Shown: positions 50,075 to 64,000 of the stretch, piece by piece
Numbering within the stretch: position 1 is the first letter of the stretch
Layout of the letters: each line of letters begins with the position of its first letter
DNA from: Rhina ancylostomus
Taxonomy: Eukaryota
Assembly: GCA_030265395.1 (NCBI GenBank)
Contig: JARFYF010000058.1
Location: forward strand, 19,531,556 to 19,595,555
DNA: 64,000 nucleotides
Reading direction: 5' to 3'
Translations under genes and position numbers: made by a program
Notes under the pieces: model-generated
The model's database searches: none
Told to the model about the DNA's origin: nothing
The model's input: the letters and a program-made list of their open reading frames with translations, nothing else

Positions 50075-53000
50075 TAAAAAGCCATAATGGTTAATGTCTT
50101 CAATGCATTGTTGGTTAGTCTTTGAACAGTAGCTGAATGCAGGATGCCATTTTTTTGTTTAAAAGGACCACATAATCAAATGTGGATCTGAAGTGAACCT
50201 ATAGGAAATGAAGTTCAGTGTTGCTTTTGACTTTAAGTTCAAAAACTGTTCAGTTGATAGTCTCCAATGTGCTTCGTGATCATGAAGCCAAGAGGTAGTA
50301 CTTGATCTGATTTGGTTTCTTCTGTGTGGAGAGGGGAGATTAACTTAAAGGCTAAATTTAATGGATAAATTTCCTGCAATATTCCAAATTTTATTGGGTT
50401 TAAAATCTGAGTTCTAATGGGCAGGTGTCCAATGGGGACAACTTGTGTATCAACCATTAAGACTACTGCTATTTCCATCTTGTGTGCAATTACTTGGCTT
50501 AAGAAACCTAATGGCAAAATGTCAGATTTGCTGCTGATGCATTGTGAACATGGAATCTGAAGAACACTTGAATTACAGAATGTTGTATTTAATTATGCTG
50601 ATATTTTAAGTTTCCTTTGTGACATGTTTGAAGCTGAGGTCCCAGGCATTTTGCTGATCTCCACTGTTCAAAATGTCCAACAAACACCACTGTGATCAGT
50701 AAAGTCATCAATGTGACTTAGATAACTAGATTACCTAATGTAAAAAGTCTTGAATTAACCAAAGAAATTTGTGTACTCCAGTGAGGAACCTTTTGGGGTT
50801 CTGTTGGTCTAGCATGACTTCTACCATGTAATATCCCAAATGAAGATCTGAGTCATGGTGAATAGGTAGGTGGAACAGATCCACCATTGTGGTATCCTAT
50901 CTATGCTTCAAGATTCTACCTGGTTGATTTTCAAAAGATCTGATCACTTTTCATTTAAGGAACATTGAAAGTTTTTTGTCCACTTGGATACAGTTATTAC
51001 AAGGGTTTATTATGCATAACTTCTGAACATGACACTTCATTGTGTCTTTCTTTCAGTCATTTTAGTTTAAATATTTGAGTGTCTGCCTAAACTTAGCATT
51101 TTGGCTTCCTAGTGCTTCACAAATGAAGAAAATGCCTTGCCATTCCCAAGTACTATTGGGAGGGGTGCTGGCAAAAGAAATCTATTCAGATTTTCAGATT
51201 GTTTGTATTGGATCACCTAGATATTAAGGCTGCCTAGATGAACCAGTTTAAATCAAATTAAACATCTAGTAATTACCTGAATTAAACTTCCATTTTGTTT
51301 TTTAAATTTAAATCTTTTGGATCTTGTGCCTCTACCTAGTAGACTAAGACAGCAGCAATGAAATGCCCATATCCTCTGTCTTCTAGTTTTGTTTCAAAAG
51401 CATAGTGAATAACAATATGATTGTATTTTTCTACCTTTGACGTTTTGATTTCTTTTCCCCCTCTGTTTTTGACTGGATTNNNNNTTTATGAATTTTTGGG
51501 TAACATCTAATAATGTTTTGTGCTGTTAGGAGTGGTTAAGCAGCTTTTCCTTGCCGAGTAATGATTGATCTTGCACATTTTTAAACCACACCATATTTCC
51601 AAGTAGTTTTACTGTGGCTAGGAGTTCAGACAGGGCATTGTGCTTAGTGTATTTCTAATTTTCTCTCCAATTGTTGAGGCTAACAGCTGCTTTAGTTCCT
51701 GTAATATACCTCTAAAGAAAATGGCAAACTGATGAACTTTCTTTGGGTGGTGATGGTGGGAGAAGAGAAATAAGGTATGTTGTTGAACTGGGTATTGAGT
51801 GAATGGTATTTTAATATGTAACTTGTTTTATTTGCCTAATACTGTTGTTTGGGATGAATGAGCAGAATGTTTGTAACTGCACTTGATATTGCTCCTCTTG
51901 AGATTCTAGCTTTGATGGCCAAATATGTCCTGAAATCCTCTATTCTACTAATGACTTGATGTCAACATTTGAGATTTTGGTTATGTATTTTCTGTATTTG
52001 ATGGGATAATGAGTTAATTTTGTTCCTTCCCCCAGGAATTTTGCGACTTAAACTTTAATTTCTTTGGTCGTATTCAAATAGGACATTTTGTTTCATATTT
52101 TCCCCATAGTTAATTTTGGAGATTATCTAGCACATAACGTATGGGAGACTGGTGTTAAGAGGAAGATGAGAAGGAGCTGGGTCAGGGTGTGGAGCAAGTT
52201 CAACATTGGTTCTTTTAAGGTAGATAGCACATGATCTCCAGCTCCCTGCTTCATTGAAAATTGTACATGTTTGGAGAGAAGTGAAATGCTGTGGACCCTG
52301 CTAGATTGTACTCTGCATGTTCATTGCTTTTCATGGGGGTGGGTGCACTGCTGGGAGCTGTATCCTAAGATTCAAAGATTTTCCATTTGCATCTGTTCTA
52401 TATAAATTTCATGCTTATCGATATGAGTAAGTCTCATGCTGGTGGGTGAACCGCCTTCCACTTTTGCATTTGATGTCTGCCTCAAGCTCTGCCAAATGTG
52501 CTTCAGCCATCTTCAGAAGAGAAGCAGTTGCTAAGAGTGAGTTTCAATTTCCCACACCAGCTATCTTTGTCTTTGGACTGAAGCTGTCAGCTTAGTGCTG
52601 AATTATGAGCCCTCTTGCACTGTATGCTTGTGACCTCTAGGAACTTGGTTGAGGCTACTTGCTTAGAAGCTTTGTAAAAGCTGTCATACTTTTTTACTTC
52701 AGCTGACTGGATTCAAAACTAGATTCCAAAGGTGAAAGCATAATGTTCTAATTTACTAACCCTTCGAGGCTTTGAAATAGTTCTACCTCGAATTTTTGAG
52801 CTCTTCTTTGTGTGAAAGAACCAGTTCTATTTTGGATTTGATTACTGAATTGTAGTTTGCACTTTCTTATTTTAAAAAGTATTGTGCATATCTTCTCAGT
52901 ACAACACTGTCTAGGTGCTTGGATTTAGTACATCTCAGAGCATGGCTGAATATTGTAAAACTTAGGTTTTTTTTGATAGTTAGCTTTTACCCTTATCAAA

Positions 53001-53739
53001 ATAAGAAGAGATTTTTTTATTATCCATTCTGTACCTGGTATTTGGAAAGAAACAAGGCTTCTATGCTACAATTAAGGAAATCATTAGGACAGGAATTTCA
53101 TTGGCATGATTCTTAATAATCCAATGATTGAACTTTTTTCTGTACAAGATGTAGGAGTATTCTTGAGGCTTTTCTTTATATAGGTTAAAAATAGAATAAA
53201 ATAGACTAAGGATTTTTTTGGAATTTTCAAGCATGCTTGTGTCAGCTCCCAGATCCCACTATTCAAAAATGGCTGGCTGCTTCAAATGTGACTAAAATTC
53301 TGACTCCTGTATCCTATTCTACACCACTCTTGTTCTTCATTGGTTAGCTCCTTGAGTCTTTTCTACAAGGCTTAATATTCCCTCTTTCCAGTTACCACTT
53401 CACTCTTGTCTCCCATTTACTTGCCATTAGTGGCAATTGATACTCCTCCAGATTGGAATTCCTTCCCTCAAACCTCGTTCTTCATTCTGCATTTTTTTGA
53501 TATTTGTTCATAATTCATTTCCTCTCTGGACTTTTTACAATGCACATTACTGCCAAAATATAATTTTACTAGTTAGCATGTAAGCATTGGTCCCTGGCCT
53601 TGTGTAACTTAATGGTTAGTTTTGGCTCCAGTACTCAAAGGCCATCCTCATTCTTCAGCCCTCCCAACCAAGAGGATAATGTGCTATTTTTGGAATGAGT
53701 CTAATATCCTTGTACACGATGGAATTAACATGCATGTAT

Positions 53740-54063
53740 AAGTAATGGAGGAAATTGGTATGTTAGCCTTGATTGCACAAGGATTGGAGTAAAACAGTAA
53801 AGGATTGGCATTACAGTTACATAAATTACTCCTTCAGAATAAGTTCCCATCAATTTAGAACTATTCCTTGGTTGTGAATCTTTGAAATTTTGAGGGCTGT
53901 GGAATACACCCTTGATNNNNNNNNNNTTTTTCAGTACCAAGAGACAGGAGTGGTAGATGTTTAGGTAATAAAGGAAGTAAGGGTAATGGATTCTTGGATC
54001 CCAATGAGCATTGAATGGCAGAACCTGTTTGAGGGGTCAAATACTAACCTCCTCCTGTTTATG
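53740..54063 (+). mobile_element. Decayed CR1 3' fragments
   Basis: GGTATGTTAGCCTTGATTGCACAAGGATTGGAGT...; TTGAATGGCAGAACCTGTTTGAGGGGTCAAAT...CCTCCTCCTGTTTATG. Confidence 0.6.
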
Positions 54064-57000
54064 AAATTTTGTATATTTGTAATTAGAAGGAAATATTGCC
54101 ATACTAAGTTTCCTCTACCTTTTTTCAGCATCTGGTTATAGTTTTACTCCTTTTTGTAAAGAGTGAATTTAATGATTTCTGACATAGTGAAAGGCATTTT
54201 CAACTAATTGTTTACTTTAGTGGGGTGGCAGTAGAAATAGAGCTTTCTTTCTCCTGGAGACTACTTTAAAATACAACTGGGGAGATAAAACAAACACTAA
54301 GCAAAATATGTTCATGGTGAATGAAAGGTCATTGGTGTGACTATGATCCAGTAAATGGAGATTGAAAGATCTTCTCTAGTCTGAACTTTAATCAAAACTA
54401 AAGTAGCAACAGAAGTTAGAAATTTGAAGTGTCTTTAGTATCACTTTTGATCAATTGCTGTATCGTATCATGGTTTGCAAAAATAGCATTAAATAGCTTG
54501 GAAATTTTTTTGGAAGATGTTGATTTAATTGTAGTGTGCTTTGGAATCTTAGTAAATTTTTATGATGCTATATTTCTGTAAGAAGAATTTGAATTTTGTA
54601 CATCTGTTTAAATCTGGATGCAGCAAAATTGAGCTTTTCATTTTGGATGTACCACAATGAAGTTGATTTTTGGGATTGCCACATTTTTAGTATAAATCTC
54701 TTATGGAGCAGTAATGACCTTTAGCTAGTTCATGCTTTGTTTCAGCACCTAATTGAATGGCTCCACTAAATTTAAATGTGGCGATTTGATATTAAGCCAA
54801 CCATTTGCATATGTCAGACTAAATTCATTGGGTTTGGGCAGTAGGGCCATCAATTGTTATAGAATTGCTAGTTGGCAAGTGTAGCCCTCATTAACAAGGG
54901 AAGTGTGAAACCATGTTAGGTGATCAAACCTACTTGTGCTTGGATCTTCCTGTCATGCTTGTTTTGTCTTTCATAATTTTAATCTAACTTTTACTCTTCA
55001 TTCTACCTGTTCCAATACCTTCTCTCCTTTTTGAAAGTTCCCCTATTTTGGAAATGAGAACAATTTGGTGGAAATCTTAAATGTCAATTCTCAAAAGTAG
55101 GATAGGGCTCAGTATATCTTGAATTGCTCTCCTGTGGCAGCCAGATGAATAAAGGTGTCTGTCTGTGTTAGGGTTAAAAGGCTGCATATAACTGTCCTGT
55201 ATGGTGGCATGCTCCAAATAATTCAGTCCTCCATGATCCTGAAACCAGGAAATGTACAGGTGTCTAGCATGTTGTCAGGATCAAAATGTTAACATTGAAG
55301 TCAAACTGTATTGTCAGCCAAATGCTGATCCAAGAAGTGAACATGGGCAGCAGCGGTCTGCAGAAATGCAAGACCAAAGGAGGATGAGCTGTAATTTCAG
55401 GCCTCTCATTTTCTATTGAAGCAACTTTAGTAGATAATGAATTCTGTAGTACAGTGTACCATGCCTTCCAGAGTACAGCTTGACCAAACTGAATCTGTTT
55501 ATTTTCCTAATGTCTTGTCCTGGTGTGCATAGGAATTTTATTTCTAGTCTTCAACTTGCATCAACTGTATAAGAGGGAAGAGGTGCTTGGAATTAGCATT
55601 TCAGTATTAACAAGTACACTGTACTGAGATGGCTGTAATTTAGAAATGTCTCTTTATGCTTTTATCTAGATTGTCTTCAAACATCTCCCAGGCCACCCAT
55701 TTTTCTGGGTTTTTATTTGCAGCAGTTCAAGCATTTTTCTTGAGTAACTTTGGTCTTGAATATTTTTATTTGTCTTTCAGTTATAATGTTGATGACTTGA
55801 CTCTTGTGACATTGAGCAGAATCTAATGGAACCTAGTGTATTTTGCTTTAGAATGGTTATATGCTGCAGGATTTGATTTGAGTACTTGCAGAGTTCATAG
55901 CAGCACTTGTGTAGTAAAATTTCTAGGTATTACTTTGTGATTCAATTATCTGAAATTCAACTTTTGAGTGCAGTCCATTTTTTTTTCCACTGATCATAGA
56001 ATGGTTTAGTGTTGTCCATTTTTGTACTTGCTTTGGAAATCTTGTTACCAAAACCAGGTCAGGACATCTCTTCCCTGAGCACTGAGAAAGCAAAAAATGT
56101 TTTGCTCCAATGATACTAATGTAGTTGTCAACATTTGCTGAGACACATTTCAATCTTCAGCCCTCAAAGGAAGATGAGGTGCTCAAAGGAAAAACTTTAT
56201 TGGAGAACTTGTGTATGTAAGCACTTAGAATTTCAGTAAACAAATGTTTTTATTTGGCATTTATATAATTTGCCAGATCATCTTTGCCTTGTCATTCAAT
56301 GCAAGCTGTTTAAGATGGGGAAACTGTTTTGAGAAATCTTTTGCCTAGGAAATTAAAAGCAGATTTTGTAACCAAGTTATTCCTTTTTACTGGCATCAGT
56401 GAGTGTTTTTATAGGCTCCCATGCTGTATCATTCTGTACTACATGTTGCATAGTTGTGATTAAATGGGACTTGTTGAAGAATGGATTACATCATTTTCTT
56501 GGTGTTGAATCAAAAATGGAAAGTAGTTTCATAAATGGCTCATTTGGCCATTAAAATACATAAGTTACTTTCTCGTTTTTAACTTGTTCATGGGAGATGA
56601 GTTCATACCAGTTTAGGCTATTCAACTGCTAAGAATAACAGTTAAGCTTTCCTGAAGGGTATCAGTGAAGTGAAACTGAGGGTTTTTATGGCAGTATTAC
56701 TGTTACGTATATGGAACTTAAGCTTAAATTTTAAGTCTTCATCTCTAGTGGTGAAATTGGTGCTTTTCCCCATCAATTCAAGCTTGTGTACCTAGATCAC
56801 AAGTCCAGGTCACTGAATTCTAGTCGAATTACTTAACTATGTTGCCTCATTCCCTCCCACTCCTATCTTCAACACCTTTGCTTAACTTGGAAAACCAAAT
56901 AGTTGGGGGAGCAAAGGCTATGAGTTATTGGTGTGCTTGTTCTCTTGCACAGAATCCTCCACTTCTATGCCCCTTGGCAATAAATGGCTGTCAGCATTTG

Positions 57001-59899
57001 TTCCTAATAATCCATGGCTGTCCCAAATAAGGTGATTTGAACTAATTTGAGGATTAATAAAATATTCAGTTATGACAGAACTACAGTAAATTTTCAAGCA
57101 TTAATCTTCATTTAATATAGTCTAAATAATCCATTTTGAATTATTGTATGCATCTAATTTGACTTTTATTACCCCAAAACTAGGGGTGAATGGGTTAACT
57201 AAATGATTTGATTTTCAAAAAAATCTTTTGAGAATTAGTTTGAGGTAAGTATTTTTGTTCCTAAATTTTGTCTGCAAATCTAAACTTAGCCAAATAACTT
57301 AAGCCACTGGTGAAATGCAGAATTGGAGCTATACTTGGCATTGATCAGTCCTGAAAAACAACTTGTATTTTGTCATGAAGTAATGGCTTAGAAGTTTGTG
57401 ATTTTGTGGGCTAAAGTCAATTGTGAAACATCAGCAACGTGCAAATGGCAACTTTCAAACACTCTTGTGCACCTGTGCATGAATCTCTGCCCACTTGGTT
57501 GACTGTTTATCCACAAATAATATCCCAGTTGCCACAGATTCTGCTGCTTAAGATGCCAGTGAGTTTGATGCAGGATTGCATGAATTTCAGTGTCTGGCCT
57601 CCACTTGTTTATTATCAGCATCAGAAGGTGGCCCAACACCCAACCTGGAGGGAAGCAAGGGGCTGCATTGTGTTTGAGATGATAGACCTTGATCGAGCCC
57701 ACCTTGGAAGTTAGTCAACATGAACCTCATTTCAATTTTTTAAATGGCTTGTAACTTGGTGCTGTTACTGTAAACAGTTCCAATAAGTTTCTCTGCAAAA
57801 TGACTTGCAGTGTACCTATTTACAAGTTAACTTAATTTTTGCATTGGCACTTAAACCTAGTTGGTCTGTCTATTTGGAGCACTTCTAGAACTAGTAACAA
57901 AACAGGATGTCATGATGTTTCATTTCCTGTACAAATGGTGTTACAATCTCTAGATGGAAGAACATTGTAAAATCTTGCTGTGTAAGAGAGTGAACACTTT
58001 GTACTTTTAATTACCATTAATATCTTATTCAGTTAGTCATGTTTTCCATCTAATTGCAGGTGACCTGTTTTTTTTTCCAAGTTGATATTTGTGACCTGTC
58101 ACTTATGATAGTCCTGTTGTAAGGACATTTTCTTGTAAAGCTGCTTGTGAAACATTTCTTCTAACTGGATTTGGAAGAAGTATAGTAACAGATGAGCATG
58201 CTTTCTATTTGGATTCCATCTTTCTATTTAATGTTTTTGCACTTCAGCATTAATTGTTTGCTTAAGAAATGTTCTTCAATGCATCTTTGAATTGCTTTTA
58301 TCACTAGGGCATTGAAGTTTTTCATGTTTATGATGTGGTGTTGTACAACAACAATTTGAGGTAACTTCTGCAATCATGCTCATATGTTTTGGCAGATTGT
58401 GAAGATTTTGTATATCCATTCCTGAGATCCATTTAATATAGAATGCTAAGTAAGAAGGTAACATGCAATATGTGTTTGTTAGAAACTTGGATCTAGTATT
58501 TGATGTCATTCCAGGTATAATCTCAATTTAATTGAGCAAGTCTGTATTGCTGTATTAAACAGCCACAAAAGCAAATAAGGCTTGGGCCCTAAAATCAAGG
58601 GTTAGAATTAAAAACTAGAATTTTGCAGATTAATCCTGTGTACATTANNNNNNNNNNNNNNNNNNNNNNNNNNNNNNNNNNNNNNNNNNNNNNNNNNNNN
58701 NNNNNNNNNNNNNNNNNNNNNNNNNNNNNNNNNNNNNNNNNNNNNNNTAATTTTTGTGTATGGTCTGCTTTGAGGTAGAATAGTTTTTAACCAGTGGTGA
58801 ATCATTTGACTGAAGCAACTATATAATGTATGGTTAGAGCTCCTTGATGGAAAACGAAATAGTTAAAATTTTTGCAGTGACCCCTGTAGTTTGAATAAAC
58901 AGTGGCTTTTCAGCAGTTGAGCAGCACTGGCAGCAGATAACAGGTATGGAATGATTAGCATGTGGGTCTTGACTAAAGAAACTTGGTGGTTACTTGTGTC
59001 ATGTGACCTTTTTCACTTGAAATGATTAGCAAATTGGCATTTGGAAGTGTCATATTCCTGGAGTATCCGGAACCAAATCCACCAACCATTGGATTCGGTG
59101 GTTGAACTAGTTAGCAAGCCTGGCACACTGAAACGTGGATGTGTTTATCTTATGGCAATGAAGTTCTTTCCACTACATTTTGGGTTCCTTTTCCAGTCAG
59201 AATTTAATGAGTGGGATGATCTTGCTTGAATAAGTAGCAGGAAGCTTCAATATGTTGTACTCTGAACTCCATGGGTCTAAACAAGTAAACTCTTGTGCAT
59301 CTTTTGCATGGAGATGGCTTGCTTGACTTGTGCCTAAAATGCTCCTTGGTTTTGACTCATTTTGTTTTTTTAGAATGTACCCTGCCCCCATAACAAGTAA
59401 ACTCAGATGTAGTTACTCAGCTTGAACTGAAGATTCCTATAAATGAACTTGGTTTCCCTATACTGGGGGGTGGGTGGGATAATTAAAAGGAAATTGACCA
59501 TTGTTTTCCCTTAACTTTTTACAGTAAAACATGGCCAACAATTGATCACAGGTTAGAGCCATGACTGTCCCTAGTTGCAGTTCTTGTCTGGTATGGAATT
59601 ATACCCTTAATGGGCAAACTAAAACCTTTTGAGCTTTAAACCGGGGCCCTTTTTTCTTAAAAATAGACCTACTTTTTTCAGTATTTTGACCACAAAGTTC
59701 AGGTTTCAACAGGACAAAGCAAAAGAAATGCAGTGATTTTGCGCTCTCCTCTACAATTCCAACCTACCACAATTTAAGATGATGAAAAAATTACAGACCA
59801 TCTTGAGCTGGAGAAATTTCAATTGATGTATTTGTCCAAGGTAGTAACAATTCAATGTGATGTGCTCTTCAGCACACAGATGTAAGATCATTTTGTCAT

Positions 59900-61300
59900 T
59901 TTCTTGCCAACTGTAAAAGGATTAGTTAAATGATAACTATAGGACAATATTAAAAGTTCTGCAGAACTCGCTTCAGTCTTTAGACTTTGAAACCCACTTT
60001 CTCTTTTTCCATCAACCTTGTTTCTTATGACTGATTTCCCAAACCTTGGGAGGGACAGGTGAGATTCATTTGGGTTTTGTTTGCTCCTACAGTTGAACAA
60101 AAGGAGGCTAATGGTTGTGCTGCAATAAAATTTAAAGAATTTGAGCAACGAAATGGAAGAAGCATTTGTTTTCACTTGTATTCCATTGCTTTTCATGAGC
60201 TATTTATCTGCAATTTTTGATGCAGTACCCTGCATAGCAAAATGGATTATGGCACACTGCATTCTCATACTACTGCTGGAGAGGAAACTCCTATCCTTTA
60301 ACTATGTCCCTTCCATCTTCCAGGCACCCCCAAGTGAAGCAGCAACTCACTTGCACTGCATTTGGTGTTCACAATGTGGCTTTTTACACTGGAGAAACCA
60401 AAGACTGGTTGAGTGATCACTTTGCAAAGCAATTGCATTTGGTCAACAGGAGCCATACAGAGCTTCTGTTTGCCTGCCACTTGAATTCTTGCTCTCATTC
60501 TCACACTGACCCCATTTTTGTGGCCTCCTGCGCTGTTGCAACAAGGCTAATCAGTTGAGGCATAACACCTTATTTTCCTTCAAGGTGCTTTGTAGCCTTC
60601 CAGACAATGTCAAATTCTCCAACTTTGGCTAACTTGCCTTCCATCTGCAACAATTCCCAATTTAAAGTTTTAATATTAACTAAACTATCCAAAAGGTTAC
60701 CAGTAGCAAAAGAAATTAGCTTAATTTGGGCTTCATTACAGCTGATTGATATCCCCAATTTTAACAATATCTGCAGAAAATTCTTATTAATGATGTACAT
60801 CTTTCATGAAATCTCCCAGACTGGATTAGATGAATAACTGGAACATTCATGAAAATTTTCTAATGAAGGAGAATTAAAAGCACAACCACCTTGAAAGAAA
60901 ATCATCATTTGGAATTAAAATTGTGAGAATATGCCTCCAGTTGTGTAACTAGCTTAAAAGGTACTGTTTATGGACTTGACAGTTCTAACCAAAGTTGTGA
61001 CTAACCTTTTTAATATCTACCATCTGTTACAATTGTTAATTTTTCCAAACTTTTTCAGTTGAGTTGAACTCAATCATGGTATCCTAAAACTTTGTTCAAT
61101 TATGTAGTCATTAGTTAATGTTCTTTTGGGTTGCATTTAATGGATACAGTTCCTTTTCATAACAATCTTCAACAGGGTATGACTTCAAAAGAATCCTCAC
61201 TGAAATATTTCATTAAATATAAATGTGTTTATGATAGCAAGTCAAGAGCACTTGTTCCAGATGCAGTATCAAATCAAATGACCCATGAAATCTTAATGCT
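59900..61300 (+). mobile_element. Possible very decayed L1-clade ORF2 interrupted by the Penelope fragment
   Basis: EMEEAF...SYL...KWI (cf. DAEKAFD..W.YL...FI.WI) before the insertion; LQ..IPNFNN and PDWIR after it. Weak, and boundaries are uncertain. Confidence 0.3.
60290..60635 (+). mobile_element. Penelope-like element GIY-YIG endonuclease relic
   Basis: Across a frameshift: QVKQQLTCT / CIWCSQCG / FYTGETKDWLSDHFAKQL...ELLFACHLNS.SHSHTD, matching the PLE pattern VYCIRC..CGLLYIGETKRRLGDRFAEHL...LPVA.HFNS..HSH.D. Confidence 0.85.
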
Positions 61301-62291
61301 AAAAAATCTTGTTGCATCAGTTGGCCTCTGCTTGTTTCACACCAAGCACTTTGTGTTCCTTCAGCACTATAATAGTGTTTGCAAAGTTGCATCTTTGGGT
61401 TCCTTCAGCCTCCGTGTGTTAATCCCTTTCACAATATATAATGTACAAAAGGGAATTTTAACCCTTAAGTAGTTTTAGGCTAGGAAAACATCAAACTCAA
61501 ACTGAGACACCTGGTCAATTGCCTGCTTTAAAACAGTTGGATAAGTGAAATTGGCTGAGCAAGAGCTTTTTTTGACCTGTCAAAAATAACCATGCACTCT
61601 CCTCCCAGTTCTTCCTATGGTAGCTTTCAACCACAGGCCGGAGTTTAAAATTACATTTGAGTCTACTGATTAGTGTTTTTTAGATCCCAGTGGCTTCATA
61701 CTTCTTCACTTTTCAAAAATACAGGTTAAAATGAGTGTGTTGGTGTTGCACAAGCTGACCACTTTTAATTGTGTACAGTATATCTCCTGATAAATCAATG
61801 GGGTTAAGATTACCTGAAAGGAGTTTGTGCTTTCAGCACTTACCAGCAAAAAAACTCTCCCACAACTGGCTCTCTATTTTTGAAGAGTTTGGTTGCATTG
61901 CAAAATAATACAAAATTGGCTTTTGTGCTGACTTGAGTGTTACTATGCATTCAGGGCATATCAAGAGGTGACTGTTAAATGGCCTACTTAATCAATGTTG
62001 GTTTTTTAAAATATAGGCAAGCTCCACTTGTTGCCCACATCCTTTAAAGTTGGGACTTTTTGTGTGGTGTCCTTTTTTGCTCTTGCAGGCAATTCTGAAA
62101 TAATGAAGGAGCAATTATGAAATAAAACATTGCAACCAGAAACATTTTATTGCACATGAATAGAAATATTATCAATTATAGTTCTGCATTTGATGGTTTT
62201 GTTCCACTTTCTGGTAAATTGTGGTGATTGCTTTAAAATATCCAGGGCTCGAAATTAGGAGTGCAGAGGGGGAAAAGGAAAGAGTAATTTG

Positions 62292-62576
62292 AAGATATCT
62301 TTATTAGTCAACATGTACATCAAAACAGTGAAATGCATCTTTTTGCTTAGTGTTCTGGTGGCAGCCTGCAGATGTTGCCATGCCATGCCTCTGGTGCTGT
62401 AGCATGCCCACAACTTCCTAACCCATAAGTCTTTGGAATGTGGGAGGAAACTGGAGCACCTGGAGGAAACCCATGCAAACACAAGGAGAACATACAAACT
62501 CAGTGTCTGTGGCCAGAATTGAACCTGGGTCACTGGTGCTGTAATAGTGTTATGCTAACCACTACACTAATGTGCC
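62292..62576 (-). mobile_element. V-SINE with tRNA-derived head and a non-CR1 (Rex1/Babar-like) tail
   Basis: Minus strand: GGCACATTAGTGTAGTGGTTAGCATAACAC...GACCCAGGTTCAATTCTGG head; GAGTTTGTATGTTCTCC...TTTCCTCCCACATTCCAAAGAC core; tail GCATTTCACTGTTTTGATGTACATGTTGACTAATAAAGATATCTT. Confidence 0.8.
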
Positions 62577-63579
62577 TGCTCTTTTTGGTCTTAGACCAAA
62601 AAGAACTTGTCAAAGAGCCTATAATTGTGTTCCACAAAGGTGATATTTTGTGAAATGTGATGCTCAATACCTCAAGGGCAGCTTAGTAGCTGTAAGTATT
62701 TCTGCATATGAAGAAAGTCAGTTGCTTTTCAGGTAACCAGTGCATTTTGCAGATGGCATACTGTAGCTTCTGCATCAGTGGTGGAAGAAATAAATTTTAC
62801 GTCTGCTCATAATGCAAGAAGCTGTTTTTCAAGTTCTTGTTTTTTTGTATATTGGAGCTGCATTTGTTGAGCAACATGAAGGGTATTCTATCAAGCATGA
62901 TCTCTGCCATGTGGACTAGGAAGGCTTTGTCAGGCAATGAGTCACTCATTTGCAGGATATCCAATCTCTGACCTATTGTAGGCATATGTGGTTGGCTTCA
63001 TTAAAATTAGAAAAGGGCATAATTAGGCTTTCAATTCCATTGTTTGTAGTTACTCAAGGGTAGGATTAAAGCATTCTACAAATGTTGAAGCACATGATTA
63101 ATCATAGGCTTGTAGGTTTAGAAAGGTGGTAACAGTTGCTAGGTACATGGTTTTTGAGGTTATTTCAGTTGTGCCAAGTGGACTTTGAACAACAAATTCA
63201 GACAAGGCAAGGCAAGTGATCAGGGCTGACAAACTTAATAGATCTAATCTAACTAACCAGTTGCAAATAGTTGATTTTTCTGGATCAAAAATTTCATTGT
63301 TCAGTTTTTTAATGTGCAAACAAAGATAGGAATATTACATTACTTTAACCTATGTTGGCAGGCTTCAAGAATAAGGCCACTTGAGATGCAAACAAGGTAC
63401 CACTGTAATTGAAGATGTTCTACAGTTTGTGGGTCAAGCTGAAACAGATGAAGTCCCCAGCATTTCATTTGTCTGAGATTTTAAATGTGACACTATTTCT
63501 CTGTGCAGAAATTGATTTCAATTAGAGGTATTATCCTTTTGGAGAAATAAGGGGATCACGTACTCCACTGGAAAGAAGA

Positions 63580-64000
63580 TACTTTCAAGAAAGGGATCTG
63601 AGAGTACACATACAAACCATAAAAGTAACAAGCCAGGTTAATTGGGTTTTTAACTTTAAAAAAACTTGCATTTTAACAAAGATTTCTCTGTTAAGCTTCA
63701 CTTGGAATACACTGAACAATTATAATTGCCACAAGGGCATAAGAGGCATTGAAGGTACAAAAAAAATTCTTTGGAATGGTAATTGAGCAGTGGTTTTATC
63801 TATTGGGAGGAATTTGAACAGAATGTGACATCCTGTGGAAAGGAGCCTGACAGTCCTTTATGCTATCAAATTCATTCTGTATTAGAGGTTCAGGAAATGT
63901 TTCAACTTGGAGAGTGAGACGGAATTGGAAACTGTAAAAGTATGATGCCCACTAAAATCCAGTAGCAAATTTGGCAGAAACCCTTCAAGTGGTTAGAATG
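63580..64000 (+). mobile_element. Very decayed CR1 fragment
   Basis: GAAAGGGATCTGAGAGTAC (ERDL.V), CACTTGGAATAC (HLEY) and GCATTGAAGGTACAAAAAAAATTC (cf. LE.VQ.RF). Confidence 0.5.

Overview
Eukaryotic, AT-rich, CpG-depleted vertebrate genomic DNA from a gapped draft assembly (many N runs). The repeat families (HE1/V-SINEs, Deu-SINEs, CR1/HER1-type LINEs, Penelope-like repeats) point to a cartilaginous fish, probably a ray or shark (inference). One host gene is supported: a FAM117/GLCCI1-family gene, best fit FAM117A, on the + strand. It has a CpG-island promoter (about 40130-40660), coding exon 1 (40662-41016) and exon 2 (49917-50065); I found no exon 3 in the window. The remainder is intergenic or intronic DNA full of decayed transposons. 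These include a long CR1 RT copy, a nested CR1-in-CR1, a fossil two-gene PIF/Harbinger transposon (DDE transposase plus Myb/SANT), a Penelope GIY-YIG relic, several Penelope terminal repeats with hammerhead-ribozyme-like cores, SINEs, a Tigger-like MITE and LTR-like termini. I see no convincing new biological system. The best leads are the hammerhead relics, the Harbinger fossil, the promoter architecture, an unexplained ancient direct repeat and a candidate conserved enhancer. All family assignments are by-eye recognition, no database search was run, and repeat boundaries are approximate.
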